Assembly: GCA_028718635.1 (NCBI GenBank)
Contig: JAQULK010000001.1
Location: forward strand, 607,834 to 671,833
Source: Minisyncoccota bacterium
Lineage (GTDB): Bacteria > Patescibacteriota > Minisyncoccia > Phycocordibacterales > UBA9973
Reading direction: 5' to 3'
DNA: 64,000 bases
This document shows, piece by piece, positions 38,042 through 46,474 of the stretch. Numbering within the stretch: the stretch's first letter is position 1; the number at the start of each line of letters is the position of its first letter. Under the pieces are notes generated by a model that was not told the DNA's origin, did not search any database, and worked only from the letters and a program-made list of their open reading frames with translations. The translations under genes and the position numbers were made by a program.

Positions 38042-39049
38042 TGTCTTAGGCACAGACATTTGGCGGTTTAATTAATTGATAATCTTCCAGAAATTCATTT
38101 GGCGTTTTTCCATTTAAACCGCAATGTTCTAGATTGTTGTAATATATATTCCATCTTTTTAATTTCTTTTGCAAATCTTTGAAACTTTTAAATTTGTTTT
38201 GCTCGTAGAATTTCTCTTGGTCTTCCCGATGGCTGCGTTCCACAGTGCCATTTTGAGCTGGCTTACCGGGATCAATCAAGTAATGGATGATATTGTTCTC
38301 ACGGCAAAAAATATCCAAAGGGTGTAGGGTTTTCACCCTAACATCACTTCTTTTGTTGGTTCCTAGGTAGTAATTGGTAAAAACAACCCCATTGTCTGTT
38401 TTAATCGCTTGGATTTTGTATTTAAATATTTGCATCACTTCTTTTAAAAACAGAATCGAATGAAAATTAGTTTGTTCATCGTAAACAGCTAGATGTCTCC
38501 ATCTTGAAGCTGTATCGATGGCTGTATATTGAAAATATCTTTTGTTTGCAATACGTCCAGGAACATATTTCACGTCAATTTCTAGTAGTTCTCCTGGTTG
38601 TCTTTCGGCTTTAATATATTTGTATTTGATTTTCTTTACCCGATATTTTCGCACCAAGTTTTCCTTTTTTAGAATCTTACCGACTGTTCGTTCGTGAATT
38701 TCAATACCTTCCTTCTTTAACTGCCAGTGTATTTTGAGTGCGCACTTTTTTGTTTTCTTTCTAACCTCAACCACTCTTTCTTTCATCCAAATTGGAGTTT
38801 CGTTTTCCTGTGTTTTCGGTTCAGTTGATTTAGGTTCCAGTCCTGCTTCTCCTTTCGCTTTATAGGTTGCTACCCAGCGTTCTAGGCTTCGTTTACTGTA
38901 TGGACAAACCCCAACTGTATCAACTATTTTAACTTTCTTCTTTACAATTGGCAGCACCCACCTCAACCTCTCTTCTTTGATTGTTTTAGCCATAGATATG
39001 CTCATTCCTCCATTTTAGGAGAAACCGCCATATGTGTGTGCACATTACC
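38042..39049 (-). mobile_element. IS481-family insertion sequence
   Basis: Imperfect ~28-bp IRs (gcacagacatttggcggttt / gcacacacatatggcggttt); candidate TGTC target duplication. Confidence 0.8.
38046..39005 (-). CDS. IS481-family DDE transposase
   Basis: PGELLEIDVK, YTAIDTASR, IKTDNG, PAQNGTVERSH. Confidence 0.92.
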   Translation of the reverse strand: MSISMAKTIKEERLRWVLPIVKKKVKIVDTVGVCPYSKRSLERWVATYKAKGEAGLEPKSTEPKTQENETPIWMKERVVEVRKKTKKCALKIHWQLKKEGIEIHERTVGKILKKENLVRKYRVKKIKYKYIKAERQPGELLEIDVKYVPGRIANKRYFQYTAIDTASRWRHLAVYDEQTNFHSILFLKEVMQIFKYKIQAIKTDNGVVFTNYYLGTNKRSDVRVKTLHPLDIFCRENNIIHYLIDPGKPAQNGTVERSHREDQEKFYEQNKFKSFKDLQKKLKRWNIYYNNLEHCGLNGKTPNEFLEDYQLIKPPNVCA

Positions 39050-39254
39050 TGTCAATATTGACTTTTTGGCTTTAGTATGATACAATATGAGCTGACAAAA
39101 GTTCGTCGAAAACAAAATAAAAAATAAAAAACAGAGGGTTTCTCTCTGTTGAAAAATAAAAAAGGAAATGGAAAAGAGGGCTTTTTCTCCCCTCTTCTAA
39201 AGAAAAACAAAAACTGCGCCCTAATGGCGCTCACAACAAAGAAAAGGAGACGCC

Positions 39255-40220
39255 ATGAAAGACAATCAAGAAAATGAAGAAGAAGTTGTAGTAGAAGAAG
39301 AGACAAAAGAAGGAAGAAGAAAAGAGAAAAGAAAAATAAAAGAGCAGAAAAACAGTACTCTCGACATAATACTGGCAGTTCTGTTTGTATCCATCACTAT
39401 TGCCGGATGCATTTGGGGCATTAGAATTGAGTTCCCAGGTGCTTGGGTGGCAACAACTATTCTCCTCCTTCTAGAGGGAATAGTCTTGTCGTTAAGTCTC
39501 AAAAAAATCAAAGTTGGTCACAGAGCACAATACCTGTATTTGGGCCGAAGGATAGAATACTTTGTGAAAGAAGGTTTGCATGTTGTACCGTGGCCTTTTT
39601 TTACAAAAAAAGAAATCGATTGCAGGGCGAAAACTACAACCCTAGATGAACAACACATCTTCACTAAAGATAATGTCGAAGTAAAATTGGGAAAACCATC
39701 CATAGTATCACAGGTTATAGATTTAGATCTATATCAAAATTTAGATACAGAAAACCTACCTGGGTTAATGGACGACGTAGTGGACGAAAATGTTCGCTAT
39801 AAAATAAGAAACACCCCATATGAAAAAGTTCTGGAAATGAAATTCAGTGTTGAAGAACATGACATCGAACATACTCTAGGAAATTGGGGGATAAACATCG
39901 TAAGAATAATTGTACCAAACGTCATTCCCGTAAATGAAGATTTCATTAAAGCTCAAGAGCTCAAAGTAAAAGAGGACCTTGAGCGCAAAGGACAGAGAGT
40001 GCAGGCACGACATCATGCTGATCTTATCAAATTCTTTTCTGGAACTGAAAAGTTGGGAGAAAAAGGTCCTGAAGGTCCTGGGCTTCCTGTTGAGCTAGCC
40101 TATGAGGCTGCTTTGATCCATATGGACAAGGCAGAAAAGAAAAAACTGGCGTCCAGCACTTTTGGTCTAGACGCTAACACAGTAGACACCATTACTAAAG
40201 CGGTAATGACAAGGAGGTAA
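39255..40220 (+). CDS. SPFH/band-7 domain membrane protein
   Basis: Two TMs, EGLHVVPWPF, IFTKDNVEV, WGINIVRI. Confidence 0.8.
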   Translation: MKDNQENEEEVVVEEETKEGRRKEKRKIKEQKNSTLDIILAVLFVSITIAGCIWGIRIEFPGAWVATTILLLLEGIVLSLSLKKIKVGHRAQYLYLGRRIEYFVKEGLHVVPWPFFTKKEIDCRAKTTTLDEQHIFTKDNVEVKLGKPSIVSQVIDLDLYQNLDTENLPGLMDDVVDENVRYKIRNTPYEKVLEMKFSVEEHDIEHTLGNWGINIVRIIVPNVIPVNEDFIKAQELKVKEDLERKGQRVQARHHADLIKFFSGTEKLGEKGPEGPGLPVELAYEAALIHMDKAEKKKLASSTFGLDANTVDTITKAVMTRR

Positions 40221-40223
40221 GGA

Positions 40224-40670
40224 ATGATTAAAAGAACGATTTTTTTAATCGCCCTCGCTACTGCCATAATCTTTGCGGTGGTGTGGGGTTCAAATTGGAT
40301 CGCGACAAAATGGTCCAAAAAAGAAGCAAAAAAAGCGGCTGAGGAAAAGGCGAAGGAAATCGCCAAGACTCAGCCACCGACACAAACAGCTTCACGACAG
40401 AAGGTCGAGGCACTCGTTCTGGACAATGAGTGCCTCACACCCTGTAGTGGGAATATTCCTGCAGGGAGATTCAAAATCCGGACGGACGGACATCCGCTCC
40501 GGATAAAGTTCAAGGGGGTGCACGACTGGGTCGAGCACCCAGCAGAGGGAGAAGCCAAGTCTCCCTCGGGAGTAGAGCCTGGCGAGGCACAATTCGTCTC
40601 GTCAGATAAAGAAAACCCGCACGTAAAAGTGTGGGTATACAAAAAAATTACCGTTCCAGGAGGGCGGTAA
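40224..40670 (+). CDS. Membrane-anchored hypothetical protein
   Basis: N-terminal TM, directly follows the SPFH gene, GGAGG upstream. Confidence 0.65.
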   Translation: MIKRTIFLIALATAIIFAVVWGSNWIATKWSKKEAKKAAEEKAKEIAKTQPPTQTASRQKVEALVLDNECLTPCSGNIPAGRFKIRTDGHPLRIKFKGVHDWVEHPAEGEAKSPSGVEPGEAQFVSSDKENPHVKVWVYKKITVPGGR

Positions 40671-40806
40671 ATGGCCAAAATCGCGCTGGCCACGCAAATA
40701 AAATCGAAAGGGCATTAACGACCTAAGTCGGAATGCCCTTTCTTACTTTCTAGTGGAATATCCACCCCGTCTCGCGAGCGAGCCACCCCTGCCGAGGGGA
40801 ATTTTT

Positions 40807-41793
40807 TTACTTTTTATTTACCCTCAGTAATTCTACAACAAGAGCGACCATCTTGTCTTTGTGCCTTGGATCGCTTTCAGCTATTAAAAGAGTAATTGCA
40901 GTTAACCCTGTAGGATTGATATTGCGCGCTCCTCTTACCCTATTTTTTCTTAAAAACCAGATAAACGCAAAAGCTCCAGATCTTTTGTTGCCATCTATAA
41001 ACGGATGATTCTTCACCATAAAGTAAAGCAAATGCGCGGCTTTTTCCTCAAGTGTCTCGTAAACATCCTTCCCGCCAAAAGCCTGCATGACGTTGCCGAC
41101 AATGCCTTCGATACTTCCCCTTTCTCTTTCCGTGGCAAAAATATCCATGGCTTCAGACTTTTTTATTAATTCATTTTTAAGTTCAGAAATAGCTTTCAAA
41201 AGTTCTACGCCAGCAAGTTTTATCCTCTTTTTCGTCACACCAGCTTTTGTAAGTAAATCTTTATCATATGCATCAAGCTTCGCCCAAGTAATAGAATATT
41301 CTTTTACAAGATCTAAAATAGTTTTTGGGTCAAGAATTACATGTGTTGGCAATAATGCTTGAATATCAGAAACATTTTTCAAAAACTGATCGTAATTTTT
41401 AAGAACTACTTTTTTGTTTATGGTGTAGCCTTTTACAAGATGGTCATGTAAAGTCTTAGTCGCCCACTGACGAAATAATGTAGCTGTTTTGCTGTTAACT
41501 CTGTAGCCAACGGAAATAATCGCATCTAAATTGTAAAGTTGAGTACTATAAATTTTTCCATCGCTAGCAGTTATTCGGAATTTCCGAATAACTGATTTTT
41601 TATTCAATTCCTGATTTTTAAAAATATTTGCTAAGTGTTCGTTTATAGTTGGAACCGTAACTCCAAAAACCTCGGCTATCTGCGCTTGGGTAGCCCAGAT
41701 AGTCTCTCGAGAAAAATCTCCACGCAATTCTATCGCTCCATTTTTGGCTTGATAAATTATAAGTTTATTTTTTATTTGTTGTTTATCTTTCAT
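40807..41793 (-). CDS. RhuM-like + Fic/Doc domain protein
   Basis: IWATQAQIAEVF, YNLDAIISVGYRVNS; Fic motif HPFIDGNKR. Confidence 0.92.
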   Translation of the reverse strand: MKDKQQIKNKLIIYQAKNGAIELRGDFSRETIWATQAQIAEVFGVTVPTINEHLANIFKNQELNKKSVIRKFRITASDGKIYSTQLYNLDAIISVGYRVNSKTATLFRQWATKTLHDHLVKGYTINKKVVLKNYDQFLKNVSDIQALLPTHVILDPKTILDLVKEYSITWAKLDAYDKDLLTKAGVTKKRIKLAGVELLKAISELKNELIKKSEAMDIFATERERGSIEGIVGNVMQAFGGKDVYETLEEKAAHLLYFMVKNHPFIDGNKRSGAFAFIWFLRKNRVRGARNINPTGLTAITLLIAESDPRHKDKMVALVVELLRVNKK

Positions 41794-41928
41794 TCTCTTA
41801 TTTTACACTATTAACTTCTACCCAGCCAACGCACAAAGGGCGAATTTCGTTTACGAAATTCGCCCTTTATTAATTTCTATTGTATTTTCCCCTCTCCTTA
41901 ATTAAGGAGAGGGCTAGGATGAGGTGAA

Positions 41929-42258
41929 TTACTCACTCAAATGCACCGTTCCTGCTTCTGGATCTATCTCACCTTTAGATATCCCCAATGTATTCAGCAC
42001 AATTCCGAGGATAGTCCAAACTCCCATCATGATTGTTATCCCGACAACTCCCCAGATCATATGGTTTTTGCCAGTGGTTTTTTTTTCTTCGTTGGCTTGA
42101 TTTGAAAGAAATTCAAACACGCCATAAAGAAAATACACAATAGCTAAAGCAAACAAAAGTCCTATGAGTGGATTTATGATCATGGTATCAACGTTCCAAA
42201 TAAAACCATCAAAGGAAGATGAAGCCGCAAAAGCTATTTTTGTAGACAAAAAATCCAT
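41929..42258 (-). CDS. VirB2/TrbC-like pilin
   Basis: Two hydrophobic helices flanking EEKKTTGKNHMIWG. Confidence 0.75.
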   Translation of the reverse strand: MDFLSTKIAFAASSSFDGFIWNVDTMIINPLIGLLFALAIVYFLYGVFEFLSNQANEEKKTTGKNHMIWGVVGITIMMGVWTILGIVLNTLGISKGEIDPEAGTVHLSE

Positions 42259-42383
42259 CCCGTTAGAGATAGGAAATGCAAAGCATTTCCGTAGTTATAT
42301 TACTTTTAATAAAAACTTTTAACATAAAATTATTTTCTCTATTATTTCAGATAATAAACTATATGATCTCTAACGGGATCCAT
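42256..42383 (-). mobile_element. Start-codon-associated IR element
   Basis: ATGGA-TCCCGTTAGAGAT...ATCTCTAACGGG-ATGGA. Confidence 0.8.
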
Positions 42384-42395
42384 ACTTTATTTAAT

Positions 42396-42779
42396 TTATT
42401 GATTTAGTGTGGGTAAAATAACATTAACATCATTGCTGCCAGTAAGACCAAAAGTATTGGTTAAAATATTTACAAGACCCCACAAAGCTACGATAACCGC
42501 AAAACCGATAATGCCGTAAATCACTCTATCTCTACCTTTTTTCTTTGCTTCTTCGTCACTTCCGATCATATAAGAAACAACTCCCCATACAAACCAAACT
42601 ACAGCTAAGGCGATCAAAACTGGAACAACAGCGTTAAGAAGTTGTCCTATTTTACACAACACTGAACCTATGTCTGTAATTGTTCCTGCATTACAATTAC
42701 CACCAAAAGTCGCCGCAAATGCAGCAACAGGCGCTAAACTTGAAACAAAACCTGTCAATACGATTAATTTCTTTTTCAT
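42396..42779 (-). CDS. VirB2/TrbC-like pilin
   Basis: Signal peptide, Cys pair, DEEAKKKGRDRVIYG. Confidence 0.78.
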   Translation of the reverse strand: MKKKLIVLTGFVSSLAPVAAFAATFGGNCNAGTITDIGSVLCKIGQLLNAVVPVLIALAVVWFVWGVVSYMIGSDEEAKKKGRDRVIYGIIGFAVIVALWGLVNILTNTFGLTGSNDVNVILPTLNQ

Positions 42780-42901
42780 CCCGTTAGAAGCAGGTCGCGA
42801 TCTTAATTAATTTTAAAATCTATAAAATCAGACCCACTAAATTTATACTTATAATAATTTCCCGACTATAAACCGTGACCGCGGCTTCTAACGGGATTCA
42901 T
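42777..42901 (-). mobile_element. Start-codon-associated IR element
   Basis: ATGAA-TCCCGTTAGAAGC...GCTTCTAACGGG-ATGAA. Confidence 0.8.
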
Positions 42902-42943
42902 AACCCCAATAATTATACCTTCTCTAAAAAATCAAAGCAAATT

Positions 42944-43699
42944 CTAATGTGGAGGAGTGACCTGTGGAAGAACTGAAGTGCCAACACCAAAGGTAGTGCC
43001 AAGTATCCCCACCAACCCCCAAACAGACAACATCACTGCTAAAGCAATAATACCCCAGATCATGAATTGCTTGCCTTGCGCTCTTTTTGCTTCTTCGTCA
43101 GCATTAAGTATAAAAAACTGCACTACCCCCCAGACAAACATAACGGTAGCCACGGCAAAAATCAAAGGAATTACGGCGCTATTGATAATGCCAGTAATAT
43201 AGGTTAATACATCTTGAAATTTTGGATTACTAGTAAGAGTGGAAGTAGAGCCAGTACCACCACCTACTGAAGACAAAGATGGCGGAGTAGTACCACCAAG
43301 ACCAAAAGTCGTAGTAATAATATTCACCAACCCCCACAAACCAATGATGACCGCAAAACCAATGACTCCATAAATTATTCTATCTTTTCCTTTTTTCTTC
43401 GCTTCTTCCCCATCAGCGATTACATACTGCACTACTCCCCAGACAAAATAGACCACCCCAAGAGCCACTAAAACCGGAACAATAGAATTGAGAATTTCCT
43501 TAAATTGACATATTATTTTCCCTATACCATTCAAAGAATCACACGTACTAGAAATTGGAATACCACTACAAGTTCCATCTGGAAGCATTCCCGAACCATC
43601 ACTGCATGTACCTACAAATCTGCTATCAAGAGCAAAAGTCATCATTGGAAACAAAACTAATAAAGAAAATATAAGACTAAACTTTTTTATTTTTTGCAT
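42944..43699 (-). CDS. Tandem two-domain VirB2-like pilin
   Basis: Two pilin repeats (GEEAKKKGKDRIIYG; DEEAKRAQGKQFMIWG); likely start MQKIKK. Confidence 0.75.
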   Translation of the reverse strand: MQKIKKFSLIFSLLVLFPMMTFALDSRFVGTCSDGSGMLPDGTCSGIPISSTCDSLNGIGKIICQFKEILNSIVPVLVALGVVYFVWGVVQYVIADGEEAKKKGKDRIIYGVIGFAVIIGLWGLVNIITTTFGLGGTTPPSLSSVGGGTGSTSTLTSNPKFQDVLTYITGIINSAVIPLIFAVATVMFVWGVVQFFILNADEEAKRAQGKQFMIWGIIALAVMLSVWGLVGILGTTFGVGTSVLPQVTPPH

Positions 43700-43733
43700 A
43701 ATTCGTAATTCGTAATTGATAATTCGTAATTGC

Positions 43734-44117
43734 TTATAAAGCAAGTACTGTCGCTGATATCATTTTAGCGATAGCCCAAGCTCCTAATAATATCGCTGCA
43801 CCAATCAAAGTGTAAAGAAGCGCATCTTTGGCTTTGGTCAATTCAGTTGGCTTGCCTTGAGCTTTTACAAAAAGAAAGCCACAGTAAATGATAGCAAGCG
43901 CGACGATAGGCATACCGATTTTAATCACACCCTGCAATATGGCTTGAATTAAATCTGATATTAAGGGAAATTTACCACCTAAGGGATCAACAATTTTACC
44001 GCCACCCCCAGAAGCGGTACCATCAGTATCTCCAGCAAAAGAAATAATTGGAATAATTAACACATAAACTGCTAAAATTATCTTATACCAACCTCTCTTA
44101 ATAAAATTCTTTTTCAT
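43734..44117 (-). CDS. VirB2/TrbC-like pilin
   Basis: GFLFVKAQGKPTELTKAKDALLYTLIGAAI; likely start MKKNF. Confidence 0.8.
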   Translation of the reverse strand: MKKNFIKRGWYKIILAVYVLIIPIISFAGDTDGTASGGGGKIVDPLGGKFPLISDLIQAILQGVIKIGMPIVALAIIYCGFLFVKAQGKPTELTKAKDALLYTLIGAAILLGAWAIAKMISATVLAL

Positions 44118-44139
44118 CTTGTTTTCATTATAACTCATA

Positions 44140-44520
44140 TTAGAGAGGATTGAAACCAATCCAACTGCCACTGTAGCCTAGAATATATAGTACTGTTTTA
44201 ATAATCAAAAAAGCTGCCACCGCGATAATCAGCCCGAGAACTGTATTAGTAAAAACAGAATTTGCTCTAGTCCTCGCTCCCGATGACCCACCCGAAGTGA
44301 CAAAGAGAAACCCCGCATAAACAAACATAATAGCCGAAATAGGTATAACCATATCAAAAAGAATAAAATGAATTACTCTATTTATAAGATCCATAAATTC
44401 TTTAAAACCACAATTCGTATCGCATTGTACCAAAGGCGTACTTCCTGCTAAAGAGACAACGGGAATAATCAGAATCAAAAAAACAAGAAGGTCTATGGTA
44501 AATTTTGTTTTGCTTTGCAT
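44140..44520 (-). CDS. VirB2/TrbC-like pilin
   Basis: LVQC...C; YAGFLFVTSGG...RA...LGLII. Confidence 0.78.
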   Translation of the reverse strand: MQSKTKFTIDLLVFLILIIPVVSLAGSTPLVQCDTNCGFKEFMDLINRVIHFILFDMVIPISAIMFVYAGFLFVTSGGSSGARTRANSVFTNTVLGLIIAVAAFLIIKTVLYILGYSGSWIGFNPL

Positions 44521-44543
44521 ACCTGTCCGCCTGTGGCGGAAAT

Positions 44544-45833
44544 TTATTTTAATAATAATAATTGCAATTTAGTATTCGCGTCCTTGACCGCATCTGCTAC
44601 TGATAAATTGTTAGAAATCACCGCATTGGTCATCACGCCGAAAATATTGTCAGTGTCTTTCGGCGAAGGATCGAGCCAGCTTTTCCCATACAATGCTGAG
44701 CTATAGAAAATAGGAGAAAAGGCATCTTGAGGTTTGACGGCGAGCAAGTCCCGGCGCGCTGGAGGCACGCCCGTTGCCACGGCAAACTTTGAAGCAAAAT
44801 CCGAAGTCGCCATCTGGCTCGCTGCCAGGAAGGCTGTGCTGATATTTTTTGAAAAAGAAGAAATAGCAATTCCGGTCACCCTTGCTCTAGTGGTTTTAAA
44901 AGTGGCATCTCTGATCTGAGGCATCCCCGCGACAAAGAAATTTTGATTAGGATTTCTTTTTACTAGGGACTGCAGCTCGGAGGCATAGCCGAAATAAAAA
45001 GCTAAATCCTCCCGAGAAAAAGCGTCGTCAGAATTAGGAAATGATTTATTCCAAGAATATGCAGGATTGTTCGGATCTGCAAAATCCGTATAGAATTTTA
45101 ACATTGAAGGCAAATTGAAATTTCCAATTGAAGAATCTAAGGTCGAACCCAAAACTCCGTCCGTCTCTTTCACGATGGGGTTGCCAGCTTGCATAAAAAG
45201 AGTAGCCAGGATGTCTTTGAAATGAATGATGTTTGAAGAATATCCAAAGGCTATAGCGCTTTTTATTATTTTATTTGAATCATCTTTTTTTGTAAGGAGA
45301 GGCGCGACTTTCGCCACATCATCCCAGTAAGCCGGAGGATAGACGACTCCATTCGCATCAAGCATGCTCCTGTTGTAATACATCATAAGCGGATCAATAG
45401 AGATTGGAAAAGCTAAAATTCCGTTCTTTGTTAAAAAGACTTCTCCTGCGCCGGCAAAATTATTTTTAAATAAAGACAGAGAATAGCTCTGATACGGAAT
45501 GGTGAAAATTTTATCTGTGTAATGAAAAACCAAATTGTCAGGCAAAAAAAACATATCCGGTCCTGTTCCAGAAGCGGCTGCCTCGAGTAAATCTTGATCA
45601 AAAGTATCAGCAGATTTTTGCACATAAGTGACAGAAAAAGTAGTATTAGCATTATTAAAATCCTTCATTACGGATGACATCGTCGCCTCAGGCACTGTTC
45701 CCCATAAAACTACATCGCCCAGACTGCCCGCGCCGCCTTTGCCTATTGGAATAGCGCCAGAAAAAACCAAAATACCCAAAATACCTGCAGCAATAAATAT
45801 GATTAAAATGATTAGTTTAAAATTTCCTTTCAT
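44544..45833 (-). CDS. Extracellular solute-binding protein (family 1-like)
   Basis: N-terminal TM, VVLWG, GTGPDMF, MYYNRSML, AFYFGY. Confidence 0.8.
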   Translation of the reverse strand: MKGNFKLIILIIFIAAGILGILVFSGAIPIGKGGAGSLGDVVLWGTVPEATMSSVMKDFNNANTTFSVTYVQKSADTFDQDLLEAAASGTGPDMFFLPDNLVFHYTDKIFTIPYQSYSLSLFKNNFAGAGEVFLTKNGILAFPISIDPLMMYYNRSMLDANGVVYPPAYWDDVAKVAPLLTKKDDSNKIIKSAIAFGYSSNIIHFKDILATLFMQAGNPIVKETDGVLGSTLDSSIGNFNLPSMLKFYTDFADPNNPAYSWNKSFPNSDDAFSREDLAFYFGYASELQSLVKRNPNQNFFVAGMPQIRDATFKTTRARVTGIAISSFSKNISTAFLAASQMATSDFASKFAVATGVPPARRDLLAVKPQDAFSPIFYSSALYGKSWLDPSPKDTDNIFGVMTNAVISNNLSVADAVKDANTKLQLLLLK

Positions 45834-45955
45834 CCCGTTAGAGACAGGTCGCGATCTTCGCTACCTGTGAATTATTGTTAATATAGTTGATCGTCATAAA
45901 ATTATTGATTTATTTATTATATTACTTCGTGACCGCGGTCTCTAACGGGATTCAT
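45831..45955 (-). mobile_element. Start-codon-associated IR element splitting an ATGA stop/start overlap
   Basis: caATGAA-TCCCGTTAGAGAC...GTCTCTAACGGG-ATGAA. Confidence 0.82.
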
Positions 45956-46467
45956 TGTTTAGTTAATATCATACCATAATGGTGGTCTCCTGCATCAATT
46001 TCTCTATCCAAAGTAAAGCCTTTTTTCTCAAACTTTTCTTCCGCCTTAGCTTTGGGAACAATAGAGGTTCCGCTCATGATCGAAGACTCTGACCAGTCGA
46101 TCAACAAAACTCTCCCCTTTGGCTTTAATATTCTTTTTATTTCTTCAATAAACTTTTCTTTATCTTCTATTTGAAAAAGTATATTTGAAACGATAACAGC
46201 ATCCGCTATTTCATCGCCGATCTTTGTTCCACCGGGCTTTTCCGCATCTCCTAAAATAATCTCGACATTGTCTAAATGAGCTTCGAGTATTTTTCTTTTA
46301 ATAGTATCCAAAAAATCTTTTTGCAATTCGACAGCGTACACTTTTCCTTTCGGCACGATGGCTCCCAGTGCGATAGAATAAAATCCAGTTCCCGCACCTA
46401 AATCCGCTACAATATTATCTTCCCTTAATCCAAAAGCTTTTAAATTTTTTACCGGATCGGTGAACAT
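45952..46467 (-). CDS. SAM-dependent methyltransferase
   Basis: VADLGAGTG, RILKPKGRVLLIDW. Confidence 0.9.
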   Translation of the reverse strand: MFTDPVKNLKAFGLREDNIVADLGAGTGFYSIALGAIVPKGKVYAVELQKDFLDTIKRKILEAHLDNVEIILGDAEKPGGTKIGDEIADAVIVSNILFQIEDKEKFIEEIKRILKPKGRVLLIDWSESSIMSGTSIVPKAKAEEKFEKKGFTLDREIDAGDHHYGMILTKQ

Positions 46468-46474
46468 AGGTTAA

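Noticed and set aside
10460-45955. Start-codon elements read as a dispersed CRISPR array
   Set aside because: The repeats are inverted pairs around single interiors at scattered loci, not direct repeats in tandem.
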